A stretch of 64,000 nt of DNA from Eledone cirrhosa (lineage: Eukaryota), in assembly GCA_964016885.1 (NCBI GenBank), contig OZ024742.1, forward strand, positions 231,632,001-231,696,000, given 5' to 3'. Under the pieces are notes generated by a model. It saw only the letters and a program-made list of their open reading frames with translations, was not told the origin of the DNA and made no database searches. Shown piece after piece: positions 53,280-64,000 of the stretch. Each line of letters begins with the position of its first letter. Positions within the stretch are counted from its first letter, which is position 1. Position numbers and translations under genes: made by a program.

Positions 53280-55170
53280 TGTGTAGTAAGTGAGGCAATT
53301 AAAGTTATGAAGACTGGGAAAGCAGCTAGTCCATCGGGTATAGCTGCCGAGATGCTAAAAGCATCTGGGTCGGTAGGTCACACCATAACCACACGTATTG
53401 GTAACCAGGTAATACTAGAGGGCGTCATTCTAAAAGGATTGGCTCAGCAGCATCATTGTCAATGACTACAAGGGTAAAGGAGATGCACTAGATAGAGGAA
53501 ACTATAGAGGTATAAAGAGGTCATGAAAGTAATGGAAAGAGTTATAGCACAGCTGATTAGGGACCTGATAAAACTAGATGAGATGCAATTTGGGTTTGTG
53601 GCAGGCAAAAGCACCACTGATGCTCTCTTCCTTGTGAGGCAGTTACAGGAAAAGTGCCTAGTTAAAAGTAAGCCACTCTACCTGGCATTTGTCGATCTGG
53701 AAAAAGCCTTCGACAGAGTGCCCCGTGCTATAATTTGGTAGGTTCTTAGAAAACTAGGAGTAGATGAATGGCTTGTGAAGGCTGTACAAGCCATGTACGG
53801 GGGAGCAGTCAGCAAAGTTAGGATTAACAATGACTATAGCAAGGAATTTAGCATACAGGTCGGTGTCCCCCAGGGCTATGTTCTTAGCCCTTTCCTGTTT
53901 ATTAATGTATTGCAGGCTATAACAAAGAAGTTTAAGACTAGATGCCCATGGGAATTTCTGTTCGCGGATGATCTTATACTTATAGCTGAATCTATGGTGG
54001 AATTAGAGAAGAAATTCCAAACATGGAAGCAGGGACTAGAAAGAAGGGGACTCAAAGTCAACTTGACAAAGACTAAGGTCCTCGAAAATAGACGAGAAAA
54101 TAGAACCCAGATCTCCTCAGGGAAATGGCCTTGCTCAGTATGTAGGAAATTCCATCCTCTGCCCCAAATGTAAACTATGGGTACACAAGAGATGTAGTGG
54201 GATCTCAGGAAGTTTAGTTAAGAATATAGGCTTTACATGTAGCAGTTGCACTGGGTCAGTGAGCAGCAAATGACCACAGGAAACAAGCACTACCAAACTC
54301 TGGGAGGGCTCTATAGAAACAGTACACAGCTTCTGCTACCTAGGTGACCGAATTAGCAGCGGTGGTGGGTGTTCTGAAAGTACAGTAGTCAGGGTAAGAA
54401 TGGGATGGAAGAAGTTCAGGGAACTACTACCACTGCTGGTTGTGAAAGACTTTTCCCTCAAAATGAAAGGCAGACTGTATGTGGTGTGCATATGAACAGC
54501 AATGTTACATGGTAGTGAGACCTGGGTGTTGTGAGTAGAAGACTTGCTTAGATTAGAAAGAAACGAAGCTTGCATGCTCCGATGGATGTGTAATAGTAAT
54601 GGACGTGAACGGCAAAGAATAAACAAATTGAGAGAGAGACTAAGCATAAGAGTAATCAAATGCTGTGTGCAAGAGAGGAGATTGCATTGGTATGGACATG
54701 TGATGCATATGAAGGATGACAGCTGCATAAAAAGGTGCAGAGGGCTAAAAGTTGATGGAAGCCTTGGAGTGGGAGACTCAAGAAGTCCTGGGATGAGGTG
54801 ATAAAAGTTGACCTTGCCTAATTGCACCTCTCAAAGGCGATGACACAGGACCGAGACTTCTGGCGTTACTCAGTAATACAGAAGATCTGACTTTCTATGG
54901 GTACAAGCCGAAGTGAAGCATATTGACAGTATGCCCCCACCCCCTCCTACTATAAAATGGTTGTGTAGGTGCCACAGTAAAAAAGCACCCAGTACTCACT
55001 GTAAATGAGGTTGGTGTTAGGAAGGGCATCCAGCTGTAGAACTTGAGCCAAAATCAGTTCCGTATGAGCAAGACAGGGTCACCCGACCTGGCATTGCCCA
55101 TGACAGGACAATCCATCTAACCCATGCTAGCACGGAAGAATGGAGGTAAAACGGTGATGATGATGATGAT
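53280..55170 (+). mobile_element. 5'-truncated RTE LINE (RT + 3' UTR), disrupted
   Basis: MKTGKAASPSG, QFGF, FVDLEKAFDRVP, FADD and RRLHWYGHV motifs; GAT tail. Confidence 0.93.
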
Positions 55171-55176
55171 GAGAGC

Positions 55177-55213
<37 letters not shown>

Positions 55214-55626
55214 GGGATGAAAAGTAAAGTTGACCTTGCCTGGATTTGAATTCAGAAATGAAAAGAGCTGGAACAAATACCATGAATCATTCCAACCAAC
55301 ATTCTAATGACTCTGCCAATTCACTACTTTCTGAGAAAGAGAAAACTGATGTGGAACCTACAGTTTCTCTACCAAGATTCCTCAGTCACATTTATACCTA
55401 TATATATATATATATATATAAATGTGGTTACATAAACAGACACTCGTATACATATCACATATCCATCAGAGCATGCTCACATTTTTTTTATTTCCAATCT
55501 TCATAAGTCATCCATGCATATCATCATCATCATTGCTTAATATCTATTTCCCATGCTAGCAATCATTAGGTTTGAATATTCCTTTATTCATTAAATTTTA
55601 TGTATGCTAAATTTTCTGTCTTTCAG

Positions 55627-55777
55627 AAAACCTTCATAGATGTTTTGCATAAGATATGTTTGGAGGAATCCAATGACATGATGGGCGTTTTAGATCAAAG
55701 TCGAAACGAAATACAAGATATGGCAAGCTCCATACAGAAAGAACAAAAGGCTTTCAAAGAGACACTCCAAGAACTTA
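55627..55777 (+). CDS. Unidentified gene, internal exon (predicted helical/coiled-coil)
   Basis: tctgtctttcag|...|gtaagt, 151 nt, phase 0-1; KTFIDVLHKICLEESNDMMGVLDQSRNEIQDMASSIQKEQKAFKETLQEL. Confidence 0.75.
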
Positions 55778-55809
55778 GTAAGTTAATATTTTATTTCATT
55801 TTGAAAATT

Positions 55810-56030
55810 TTAACTCTTAAATGCCCTGTATCACACAAAACCATATTAACAAGACGTTCTTGAAAAGTATATAACAGCACTATGACTACATTACATTAAA
55901 AAGTAAAGACTTCACTTTAGTTTACTGCAAATTTTCTCAAAAATCTGTCAACTAGTAAACATACTATAAATATATGAATAAACAAACCTGTTTTTAGATA
56001 TTTTATGCTAAATCATTACAGGATGTTAAA
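55810..56030. mobile_element. Second TTAA-ended dispersed repeat (probable MITE)
   Basis: Begins ttaactcttaaatgccctg; reverse-complement matches at ~4305-4388, ~9830-10200 and ~17880-18097, same-orientation match at ~47410-47470. Confidence 0.55.
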
Positions 56031-56609
56031 AATTGAAAACAGAATAATTAACATTCATATGCAAGTATGGAAGATGGACGTTAAACGATGATGATGATGA
56101 TGATGATAATGATTTCTAATTTTGGCACAAAATCAGCAAATTGCAGGGCCGGGAAGTTGATTAAATCAATCTCAATACATGATTGGTACTTTATTTTATC
56201 AACTCTGAAAGGATTAAAAACAAGGTTGATCTAACTGAGATTTAAACTCAGAACATAAAGGGCCATAGCTGCATACCACAAAGCATTTTGTCTAATGCTC
56301 TAACGATTCTGTCAATCCACTGCCATTAGTTGACCCTATTGAGATTTCAACTCAGAATGCAGTGAGATTGAACAAATACCAAAGTATTTTTGATTTAACA
56401 CTATAACGACTGTCAATTCCCCACCTTAATAACAGGATAATTAATTATTGCATTTATCAGATTTCAAATATATGTAAAAGTTAATCAGATTTGATTTAAT
56501 TTTATGACACACCTAGAGATTATCAGTGACACAATAGTTTGAAAACCTCTCATCTAAATGGTGAGTGCACAAGAAATAAATGGACAAAAAACAGTTTAGC
56601 AAGTCGTTT

Positions 56610-57845
56610 AGTGTTCTTTTATTCACAGTTGTATAAAAATATAATAATATAATGCTTATAAAACGAAAACATAAATACATGTAGAATATACAAATATAAA
56701 TGCATAAAAGAGAGATATAAAAACATAAAAAGAGGGGGGGGGGCGATTCACCACATCATAAAGATTAACTAAACACTTTGAGGCAATCCAACATGCTCAC
56801 AGCATTGCCACAGATGATGGCAAGGCTAGGGTGCTGAAACAGCCAGGCACTCTCACTGCCATCACCTGACACTACAGTAAGGTGAGCCACCAGTGATGAC
56901 AAGAAATTCGCTTTCAGTGGCCGAACGTCACCAAATATCTCGAATGCCACAGACTGGAAAAAAATAATTACTGGATAAATCCAGGTATTTCCGAATTTTA
57001 TTATGTTCAGCAACGGAAACAGTAACTCTTGCATTTACTGCAGCGTCCTTGATGTGGGAGGGAGCAAAAGAGTCACTGACTGTGATGTCCTAGATGAGAC
57101 ACCTACCTCTTATCCAGGGACAAATGGTAAGGCCATCTGGTTTCTTCCCATCACTTCTGGATAATCCAACCAGCTCTAGAACTGAGGGGATATTTACCCG
57201 AGCCAAGGCCCACTTGATAATCAGGTTTAGCTTGGTGTGGCAGGTGAAACGACCAGCATTCAGGTGGCAGGACAAACCACGTAAACCTGTGGAGTTGAGG
57301 GATCCACCACAGCGACATCTCAGACTCCCACTAAAAGTGTAATGGAGATGCAGAGCTCATCCTGACTGAGAAAGCCACCAATGTTGGCTACGAGCAGGGC
57401 ATCAATCCAGTCTCCTGAGAACTTTGTGCTTGTAGGAAGTAAGCGGCACTTAGAAAATTGATCGGAATGATCAAAGAAAGAGTTGAACGTTTACCACAAA
57501 CGCAGATTGTCCCATACTCTCTACTTCTGTCTGTCCTCATCAGTAATGGGAACTGACAAACCCGGCTCTCTCCACTATAGTAAAGCTTCATCCAACTCCC
57601 TGGTGGAACTAGTCCAAGTTGGGAAGGAGAGGATATCATCCACTAAAGGGAAGCAAACGTGGATGGAGAAAAGAAAGCAAGGTAGGGACAAAGATGTACA
57701 TTTGTGCAGACTGAGACCTTCAAACTGTTTGGGTAAGGCAGCTTGGTAGCTGGACCCTGGAGAGAGTCGAACATTGACCAAATCCTCGAGCTCACTGAAT
57801 AATATGTCATTGAAGCATTGGAGAGATGACGAGGGGATCAAGGAA
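56610..57845 (-). mobile_element. CRE-like non-LTR retrotransposon 3' part (zinc knuckle + restriction-like endonuclease)
   Basis: CRCGGS...GLSCHLNAGRFTCHTKLNLIIKWAL...[41 protein letters not shown] (PD..D RLE motif); LPKQFEGLSL thumb; AATAAA at the 3' end. Confidence 0.8.
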
Positions 57846-57992
57846 CCAAAATATATGAATTTAAGGATCTCTGTTTTACAGTGTTATCATATAAACATTG
57901 CTATTTACCAGTTAGTTCCTAGTTTGTTTCTTACATCAATCAATATAAAAACGTTTGCTTTGGTAAATTTTTAATGGTCTGTTAACTTTGAA

Positions 57993-58310
57993 TGTGCGTG
58001 TGTGTGTTTATGTATGTGCGTATTTATGTGTTTTTATGTGTGAATGTGTAAGTGTGTGTGTGTGTGTGTGTGTTTGTGTGTGTGTGAATGTGTGAGTGTG
58101 TGTGTGTGAGTGTGAGTGAGTGAGTGTGTGTGTGAGTGATTGTGTGTGTCTGCTGTTTGTTTGTGTGAATGTGTGAGTGTGTGTGAGTGTGTGTGTGTTT
58201 GTATGTGTGAATGTGTGAGTGTGTGTGTGTGTGTGAGTGGGTGGGTGCATGTGAGTGTGTAGGTGTGTGTGTGTGTGTGTGTGTGCGTGTGTGTAAATGT
58301 GCATGTGTGT
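57993..58310. repeat. Degenerate (TG)n low-complexity tract
   Basis: Directly visible; source of the His/Thr ORFs. Confidence 0.95.
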
Positions 58311-59204
58311 ACTTATTATTTATTTTATATGCAATTTTCACTGCAGGACATTTCTTTTATTACCTGTCAACTGGTAATCAGAAACCAGGTGTAACTCCAA
58401 TCACTGCAGCCATGGAGCGTTTCACTGCTTACTCACCATGTGTTCTATTTTCTCTCACATGTCTCTGTTACATCCATGATGCAGTTTATGAATCATAGTT
58501 CTCTGTTATCCTTCCTAAGTTTGCTACTAACTAGGTAAGGACATTGTAGATCTAGCTAGAAACCTACAATATATCATCTCTACTGGAAGTATTGTATACT
58601 GCCATACGGGTGTTTCCCATGACTCCCTCATTATCATCATAGGTGGAGATCATAGGGAGCTCATATCTTTTCAATATATTTTCACTGAAGACAAGAACAA
58701 AGGCTGCACTCATACAAATACTCCCCGATTATTGGATCGTCAAGTATGAAATTTGTAGTGAGACATATGGTCATATGTTTTTTTCTACAAATTTCATACT
58801 TGACGACCCAATAATTGGCATGAAATCATTTGCCTACATACTCCAAACTTTGGCCCACAGACATGCTGTCTCCTCCACCCTCATATATCTCTCTCCCACT
58901 CTCTTTCTCTCCCCTCTCTCTTTATTTCTTGTTTCTCTTTCTCTCTCTCCCTCCCATTCTCTCTTTATTTCTTCTTTCTCTTTCTCTCTGTCTTTTCTTT
59001 CAATACTACAGTGGCCTCAACATCATGGATCTGTCTGCCCTCTTGCCACCTTCACTCATGTACTTCCAACTCCCTTATTTCATCTTATCTTATCACCCAT
59101 ATTGTGTCCTCCATGTTCTAATCCCCAAACTCGGAACTTAAACAGCCAGAACAAATGCCATAAAACATATCCGATGCTGCAACAATTCTGCCAGTCTGAC
59201 CCAC

Positions 59205-59823
59205 TTAACCCTTTAGCATTAAAACCAGCCATATCCGGCCAAAATTCTTTCATCTCTTTCTGTTCAAACCGTTCATAACTGACCACTCATACTGATGTTA
59301 AGGTATTGTTCTCAAAATAAATAATATCAAAATTTCACAGATTCGATAATATGTGAGGTATTATGTGAGATAAAGCCTGTACATCATCATCATCATCATC
59401 ATTTTACGTCAGCTTTTCTCTGTTTGTAAGGGTGGGACATGTCTTATTAAGCACACCATCTCTCCATTTGTCATGGTCGTTTATCATCTCCTCTATGAGC
59501 TTCAGTGATTTGAGGTCTGCTCTCACCACCTCCGCCCATGTTTTTCGTGGTCTTCCTCGACTGCATCTTCCTTCTACTGGGATTTCTTGGCACTTCTTTA
59601 CCCAGCGGTTATCCTCCATGCGCATCACATGTCCATACCAACGCAGTCTCCTCTCCCGCACACTACACCCTATTCCTCTTATACACAGTTTCTCTCTCAA
59701 CTCGTCTATGCTTGGTTGTTCACACACATTGACATTGCATATCCAACAGAGCATGCTTGCTTCATTTCTCTCCAGTGAAAATATAATAGTGTATATAGAG
59801 TAATGTAAATGCTAAAAGATTAA
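59205..59823. mobile_element. TTAA MITE interrupted by an RTE insertion (~59383-59775, minus)
   Basis: MITE halves rejoin as ataaagcctgtac|agtgaaaatataatag; RTE motif RRLRWYGHVMRME. Confidence 0.85.
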
Positions 59824-59919
59824 ATAGTTATTAAAAATGAACTATATCATGAAAAAATAAAAAAGAACTTTCAATCTAAATTCTATAAGAAATTTCATCT
59901 TTTGATAATTCTTTTGTAG

Positions 59920-60092
59920 AAACTCAGCGCACAAATCCTGATCGAAATACAGAATCACGGATGTCAACTGTATCAGAGGGGGTGACAAGTAGAGGAAGAA
60001 TGAGAAAAAAGAATAAAAAGGCTTCTAATTCAAGGCCAATCAGCGCCTGTAGTTTACCTTCAGCTTCTAGTACTCATATTACTATTGAACAG
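59920..60092 (+). CDS. Unidentified gene, internal exon (basic, Ser-rich)
   Basis: cttttgtag|...CAG|gtataa, 173 nt, phase 1-0, open in the frame required by the previous exon: (K)TQRTNPDRNTESRMSTVSEGVTSRGRMRKKNKKASNSRPISACSLPSASSTHITIEQ. Confidence 0.65.
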
Positions 60093-60347
60093 GTATAACA
60101 ATTATTTTTCTTTCTCTCTCTGTATATATACACACATGCACATTCACACACAGAGACAAACACATACATATAAATATGTATGTATGTATGTATGTATACA
60201 GTTTTCCAAGATATGTCAACATGAACCTGTTATCAACATGGACCTGTTATCAACATGGACCTGTTATTTTTATCTAAAGACATTTTATTCCAATTCCACC
60301 TCGCCCGTCCCGTCAATCTGTCTTATTCTTCTGATGAAGGACTAGTC

Positions 60348-61890
60348 ACCTTCAGTAGGTTACCTTTCAGGAACTCCCACTGCTTCTCTATATCATATGT
60401 CTCTATTTGCTCTTCCTTGCTGTTGAAGGTGTCAGTCAACATGCTTCTAAATTTGTTACTATTTGATGGGTCTTTTAACTTCCATACTCATCTCCTCCAG
60501 GTTGGCTTCTGTTGTCGAGTTCTTCTAGCCTTGACTATAAGGTCGCTAACTACTAAGTTATGTTGGAAGGTGCATTCTTCACTGGGGAGGAACTTTGTGT
60601 TCGTAACTGTCACTCTGTCTCGTCTTCTAGTAACAATGAAATCGATTTGGCTGGTGAGGTCACCTGATCTATATATGATTAGGTGGCTGTCTCGTTTTCG
60701 GAAGTTCGTGTTACAGATAAATAGGTCATTGGTGTCACAGAATTCCAGTAGTCTGAAGCCTTCCTCATTTCTAGGACCATACCTGTAACCCCTGTGGATC
60801 CTATCAAAGCCATTGCAGATTTGACCCACATGTCCGTTGAAGTCACCTGCAATGAGTAGAAAGTTGTTGTCATTAATTTGGGAGGTAGTAAACATTAGGG
60901 ACTCATAGAACCTGTCTTTTTGTATGTCTGGAAGTCCAGATTGAGGAGCGTAGGCAGATATAATTGTCATGGTTGTTCTGTTTAGTACAAGTCTAAATTT
61001 AATTATTCTGTCATTTACTCTATTTACAGCAATAACTTTGTTTACCCACTTTTCTGCTACCAAAATCCCTACTCCACCTAGCCCGTCGTCATTTCCCACC
61101 CAGAAAAATTTGTAGCATTGTTTTTTGCCTACGAGGAATCTAGCTGACATACCTCTCCATCTAGTCTCTTGTAGACAGTACACATCGACTTTCATTCGTT
61201 CAAAGATCTCTACAATCTCTCCAGATCTACCTTTCATGGTGCCAACATTGATGGTGCCAAATCTGATGTTATGGAGTTCGGGGGGAGAGCGAGAGGTAGA
61301 TGGGAACTTGGTCGAGGGGGTGGGGAAATTTGGTGTTGGTTTTCCATGTCTGAAATAAAGAAGAAGAGCGATTGCGTGATCGTCCAGAGGTGGTTGGTGG
61401 ATTCATATTTGTCGATTAGTAATGCTCCAACTTAGTAATCCATAAGCCATACAGAAACAAACATCAGATCTAAAAAATAACTGTGCTAGGAGGAGATTGA
61501 ATTAGCTGGTGGCTAGTTTGTACTGCAGAGGTATGATTGGTTGATGTGGCAATGGTGGTGAGACAGGGTGAACGGGAGGGGAGTTGGGACAAGGTGAAAG
61601 AGAAAAGGAAATTTTGAGATGAAGGAGAAAAATGTGGTTAGAAAAAGCTATCTCACTTACCGCTTTTCATAGGCGCCGCTAAATCCCATGGCTGGTTTCT
61701 CCTCTTCCACGTGCGTCCAACTCATTAACACCCAGGAGCTGCCAAACTCGCGTCCACACCGTTCCTGGTCACCACTAGAGAGAGGCCAATCTGCTGGCCC
61801 TCCCGGTCGAGCACCCTTCCGGCCAAGCACCCTTCCGGTTGAGCACTCCCCAGCTTCCGGCCACCGCACACAACACCATACCCACAAAAG
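60348..61890 (-). mobile_element. RTE LINE 5' portion: 5' UTR, putative intron, APE endonuclease; 3' part lost
   Basis: IRFGTINVGTM, CLQETRW, GGVG, SAYAPQ, GDFNGHVG, QIDF and QHNLVVSD motifs; TGA at 60488, then VWKLKD. Confidence 0.92.
61795..61865 (-). promoter_or_regulatory. Tandem CCGGAAG (ETS-like) motifs in the CpG-rich RTE 5' end
   Basis: ccggaagctgg, ccggaagggtgct (x2) and ccgggagggc on the minus strand. Confidence 0.5.
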
Positions 61891-62078
61891 AAATGCATGT
61901 AAAGTGGTTCTGTTGATGACCAGTCCACACTATAAAGTGGTCATGTAGGTGTCACGACAAAAAGTGCCCAGTCCACACTGTTAAGTGGTCGTGTAGGTGT
62001 CACAATAAAAAGTGCCCAGTCTATGCTGTAAAGTGGTCGTGTAGGTGTCACAACAAAAAGCAATATAGAAATGGCTTC

Positions 62079-62163
62079 TACAGGACTAGAACTGTTTCAT
62101 TCAGCAGAAATCATCAGGGCTTTCCTGATGATTTCTTCCGGATGAAACAGTTCTAGGCCTATA
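62079..62163. ncRNA. Inverted pair of type I hammerhead cores
   Basis: 40-bp arms (5 mismatches); each reads CTGATGA-tttc....g(a/g)at-GAAA-cagttctag.cct.TA outward from the centre; same family as 51271. Confidence 0.75.
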
Positions 62164-62341
62164 AAATTTATATTTATAAAATTTATAATAAATTGAAGTG
62201 AAAGCAACTGGTGCGTGTGTTTCTTATTGGCAACATGACCCTCCCAAAGTATAACAATATATATATATATATCATCATCATCATTTTACGTCCGCTTTTC
62301 CCTGCTTGCAAGGGTGGAACTATATATATATATATATATAT

Positions 62342-62843
62342 ATACAAGGTGTGTTGGAAAACAAACAGGACTTCGGGTGCATAAAAAATATTTCAAATCC
62401 AAACTGCAAAGTTTTCCCCTTCAAAATAATCCCCCTTGAGTCTAACACACTTTCCTATGCTTCTCTGCCATGCTTCCATGCCCTCCTGAAAGAATTTTTC
62501 CAGGATTCTCGGCAACTCCATCATCACAGCCATTTTGATGGCTTCCACATCTAGAAAACAGGTCCCTTGATGACTATTTTGAGCTTGGGGAAAAGGAAAA
62601 AAAAATCACACAGAGCCATGTCAGTGAGTAGGAAGGTTGCTCCAGCACGGCAATGTTCTTCTTGGCCAGGAACTGCTGAATGCTCAGGGCATTGTGAGCC
62701 AGTGAGTTGTAGTGAAGCAGCCACAAGTTGTCCTGCCACAACTCTCACCACTTCTCACACACTGAACAAAGCAAACACCACAGGATCTCTTTGTAGACAT
62801 GCTGGTTGATTGTCTGTTCCTGTGGCAAGAACACTATGTGGAT
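62342..62843 (-). mobile_element. Mariner transposase C-terminal fragment with one terminal repeat
   Basis: HIVFLPQEQTINQHVYKEIL, DMALCDFFFLFPKLK (SPDLAP.DF-like), KCVRLKGDYFEG; ends in a TA tract. Confidence 0.85.
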
Positions 62844-63693
62844 GTATAGTAGTTCCCAAGAGCAACTAGTCTTAAATTTCTCTGTTATAGCCTGTAAGAC
62901 AATAATGAAGAGGGAGATAAGGTCGGAACCCTGCTGAACCCCCACCTGTACACTGAATTCCTTACTGTATTCATTGTTCATTTTAACTTTGTTGGTGGCC
63001 CCTCTGTACATGGCCTGTACTGTTCTCACAAGCCACTCATCTATGACTTGTTTTCTGAGGACTCACTATATTATGGGTCGAGGGACTCAAAAGCTTTCTC
63101 TAGGTCCATGAATGCTAGGTAGAGTGGCTTGCTTTTAGCGAAGTCCTTCTCCTGCATTTGCCTCACAAGGAAGAGGGCGTTGGTGGTGCTTTTTCTCAGC
63201 ACAAATCCAAACTGCATCTCGTCTAGATGTATACGTTCTTTAGTCTGTTGTGCGATGACTCTTTCTGTAACTTTCATGACCTGGTCAGTCAGCTTTTTGC
63301 CTCTGTAGTTACTTCTCTCTAGTGAATCTCCTTTACCCTTGTAGTAGCTGACGATGCTGCTGCTATTTCAATCACTGGGAATGACACCATTCTGTATTAC
63401 TTTGTTCACAATAAGGGTGGTTAGAATGTGCCCAACCGCCCCAGATGCTTTCAACATCTCAGCAACTATACCCGATTGTCTGGCTGCTTTCCCTGTCTTC
63501 ATCTTCTTAATTACCTTACTTATTAGGCTGCTGCTTATGTGTACAGCTGGGCCATCTGTTGGGCACACTTTGGACAGGCTGTTTACCTCCCAAGTATTTT
63601 CCTCATTCATCATAGTGGCATTTCCAAGCAGCTTTCTTTTCAGTGTCAGTGAGGTCAAGTGTGCCGTTTTCATTACGGACGCATTTCTCCCCA

Positions 63694-63695
<2 letters not shown>
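62844..63695 (-). mobile_element. RTE LINE RT fragment
   Basis: DGPAVHI, MKTGKAA, QFGF, FMDLEKAF and VGVQQGS motifs. Confidence 0.9.

Positions 63696-63696
<1 letters not shown>

Positions 63697-63780
<84 letters not shown>
63697..63780. repeat. (TA)n microsatellite
   Basis: Directly visible. Confidence 0.97.
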
Positions 63781-64000
63781 TGGTAAACGGAATAGAAAAT
63801 GCTGACAAATTGTTCACAGTTGAAAAATGGTTTAATTAGGAATAAAAGAGTATTAGTGATTGTATGGGTTAGTATTCAGTTGTGGTTTTAAGTTTTTAAG
63901 TTTTTACCGGTTGCGCATTTCTAAATGCTTTTCAAAAATAATTTTGAGATAGAGTGTTCGTGCTGTTTGCTCTGATCTGATTAGTTTTGGGAATTCTACC

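Noticed and set aside
58008-58341. His/Thr-rich proteins
   Set aside because: Translation of a (CA)n microsatellite.
58348-58374. Possible 27-nt phase-1 micro-exon (ctgcag|...|gtaatc) of the second gene
   Set aside because: Frame-compatible, but too short and weak to support without RNA data.
58643-59278. 211-aa ORF
   Set aside because: Runs through CT low-complexity sequence into a MITE; no recognisable domain.
60325-60347. Half hammerhead (ctgatga-aggactagtc)
   Set aside because: Cut at the RTE junction before any GAAA; incomplete.
61700-61890. HDV-like ribozyme at the RTE 5' end
   Set aside because: Known from some RTEs, but I could not build the nested double pseudoknot by eye; needs a structure-descriptor search.

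Overview
AT-rich, repeat-dense animal genomic DNA. The SINE/LINE/microsatellite content suggests a coleoid cephalopod (octopus-like); this is an inference, not a database match. Host genes: (1) the last six coding exons of a ZnT7/SLC30A7 zinc transporter (+ strand, 263-28451, all GT-AG and phase-consistent); (2) three phase-consistent exons of an unidentified gene (+, 46560-60092), continuing past the window. The rest is mostly mobile DNA: many RTE LINE fragments, two CR1-group subfamilies, Tx1/L1, a CRE-like RLE element, a Penelope-like RT/GIY-YIG relic, a mariner fragment, TTAA-flanked MITEs, two tRNA-derived SINE families and minisatellites. Two observations stand out. First, an RTE LINE 5' end (minus strand, 60348-61890) has its Kozak-context ATG separated from the endonuclease ORF by an apparent 311-nt GT-AG intron that must be spliced to give a complete endonuclease. 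Second, several type I hammerhead ribozymes occur, including a ~414-bp head-to-tail retrozyme-like repeat and fold-back arrangements. Exon coordinates were counted base by base; TE boundaries are approximate.
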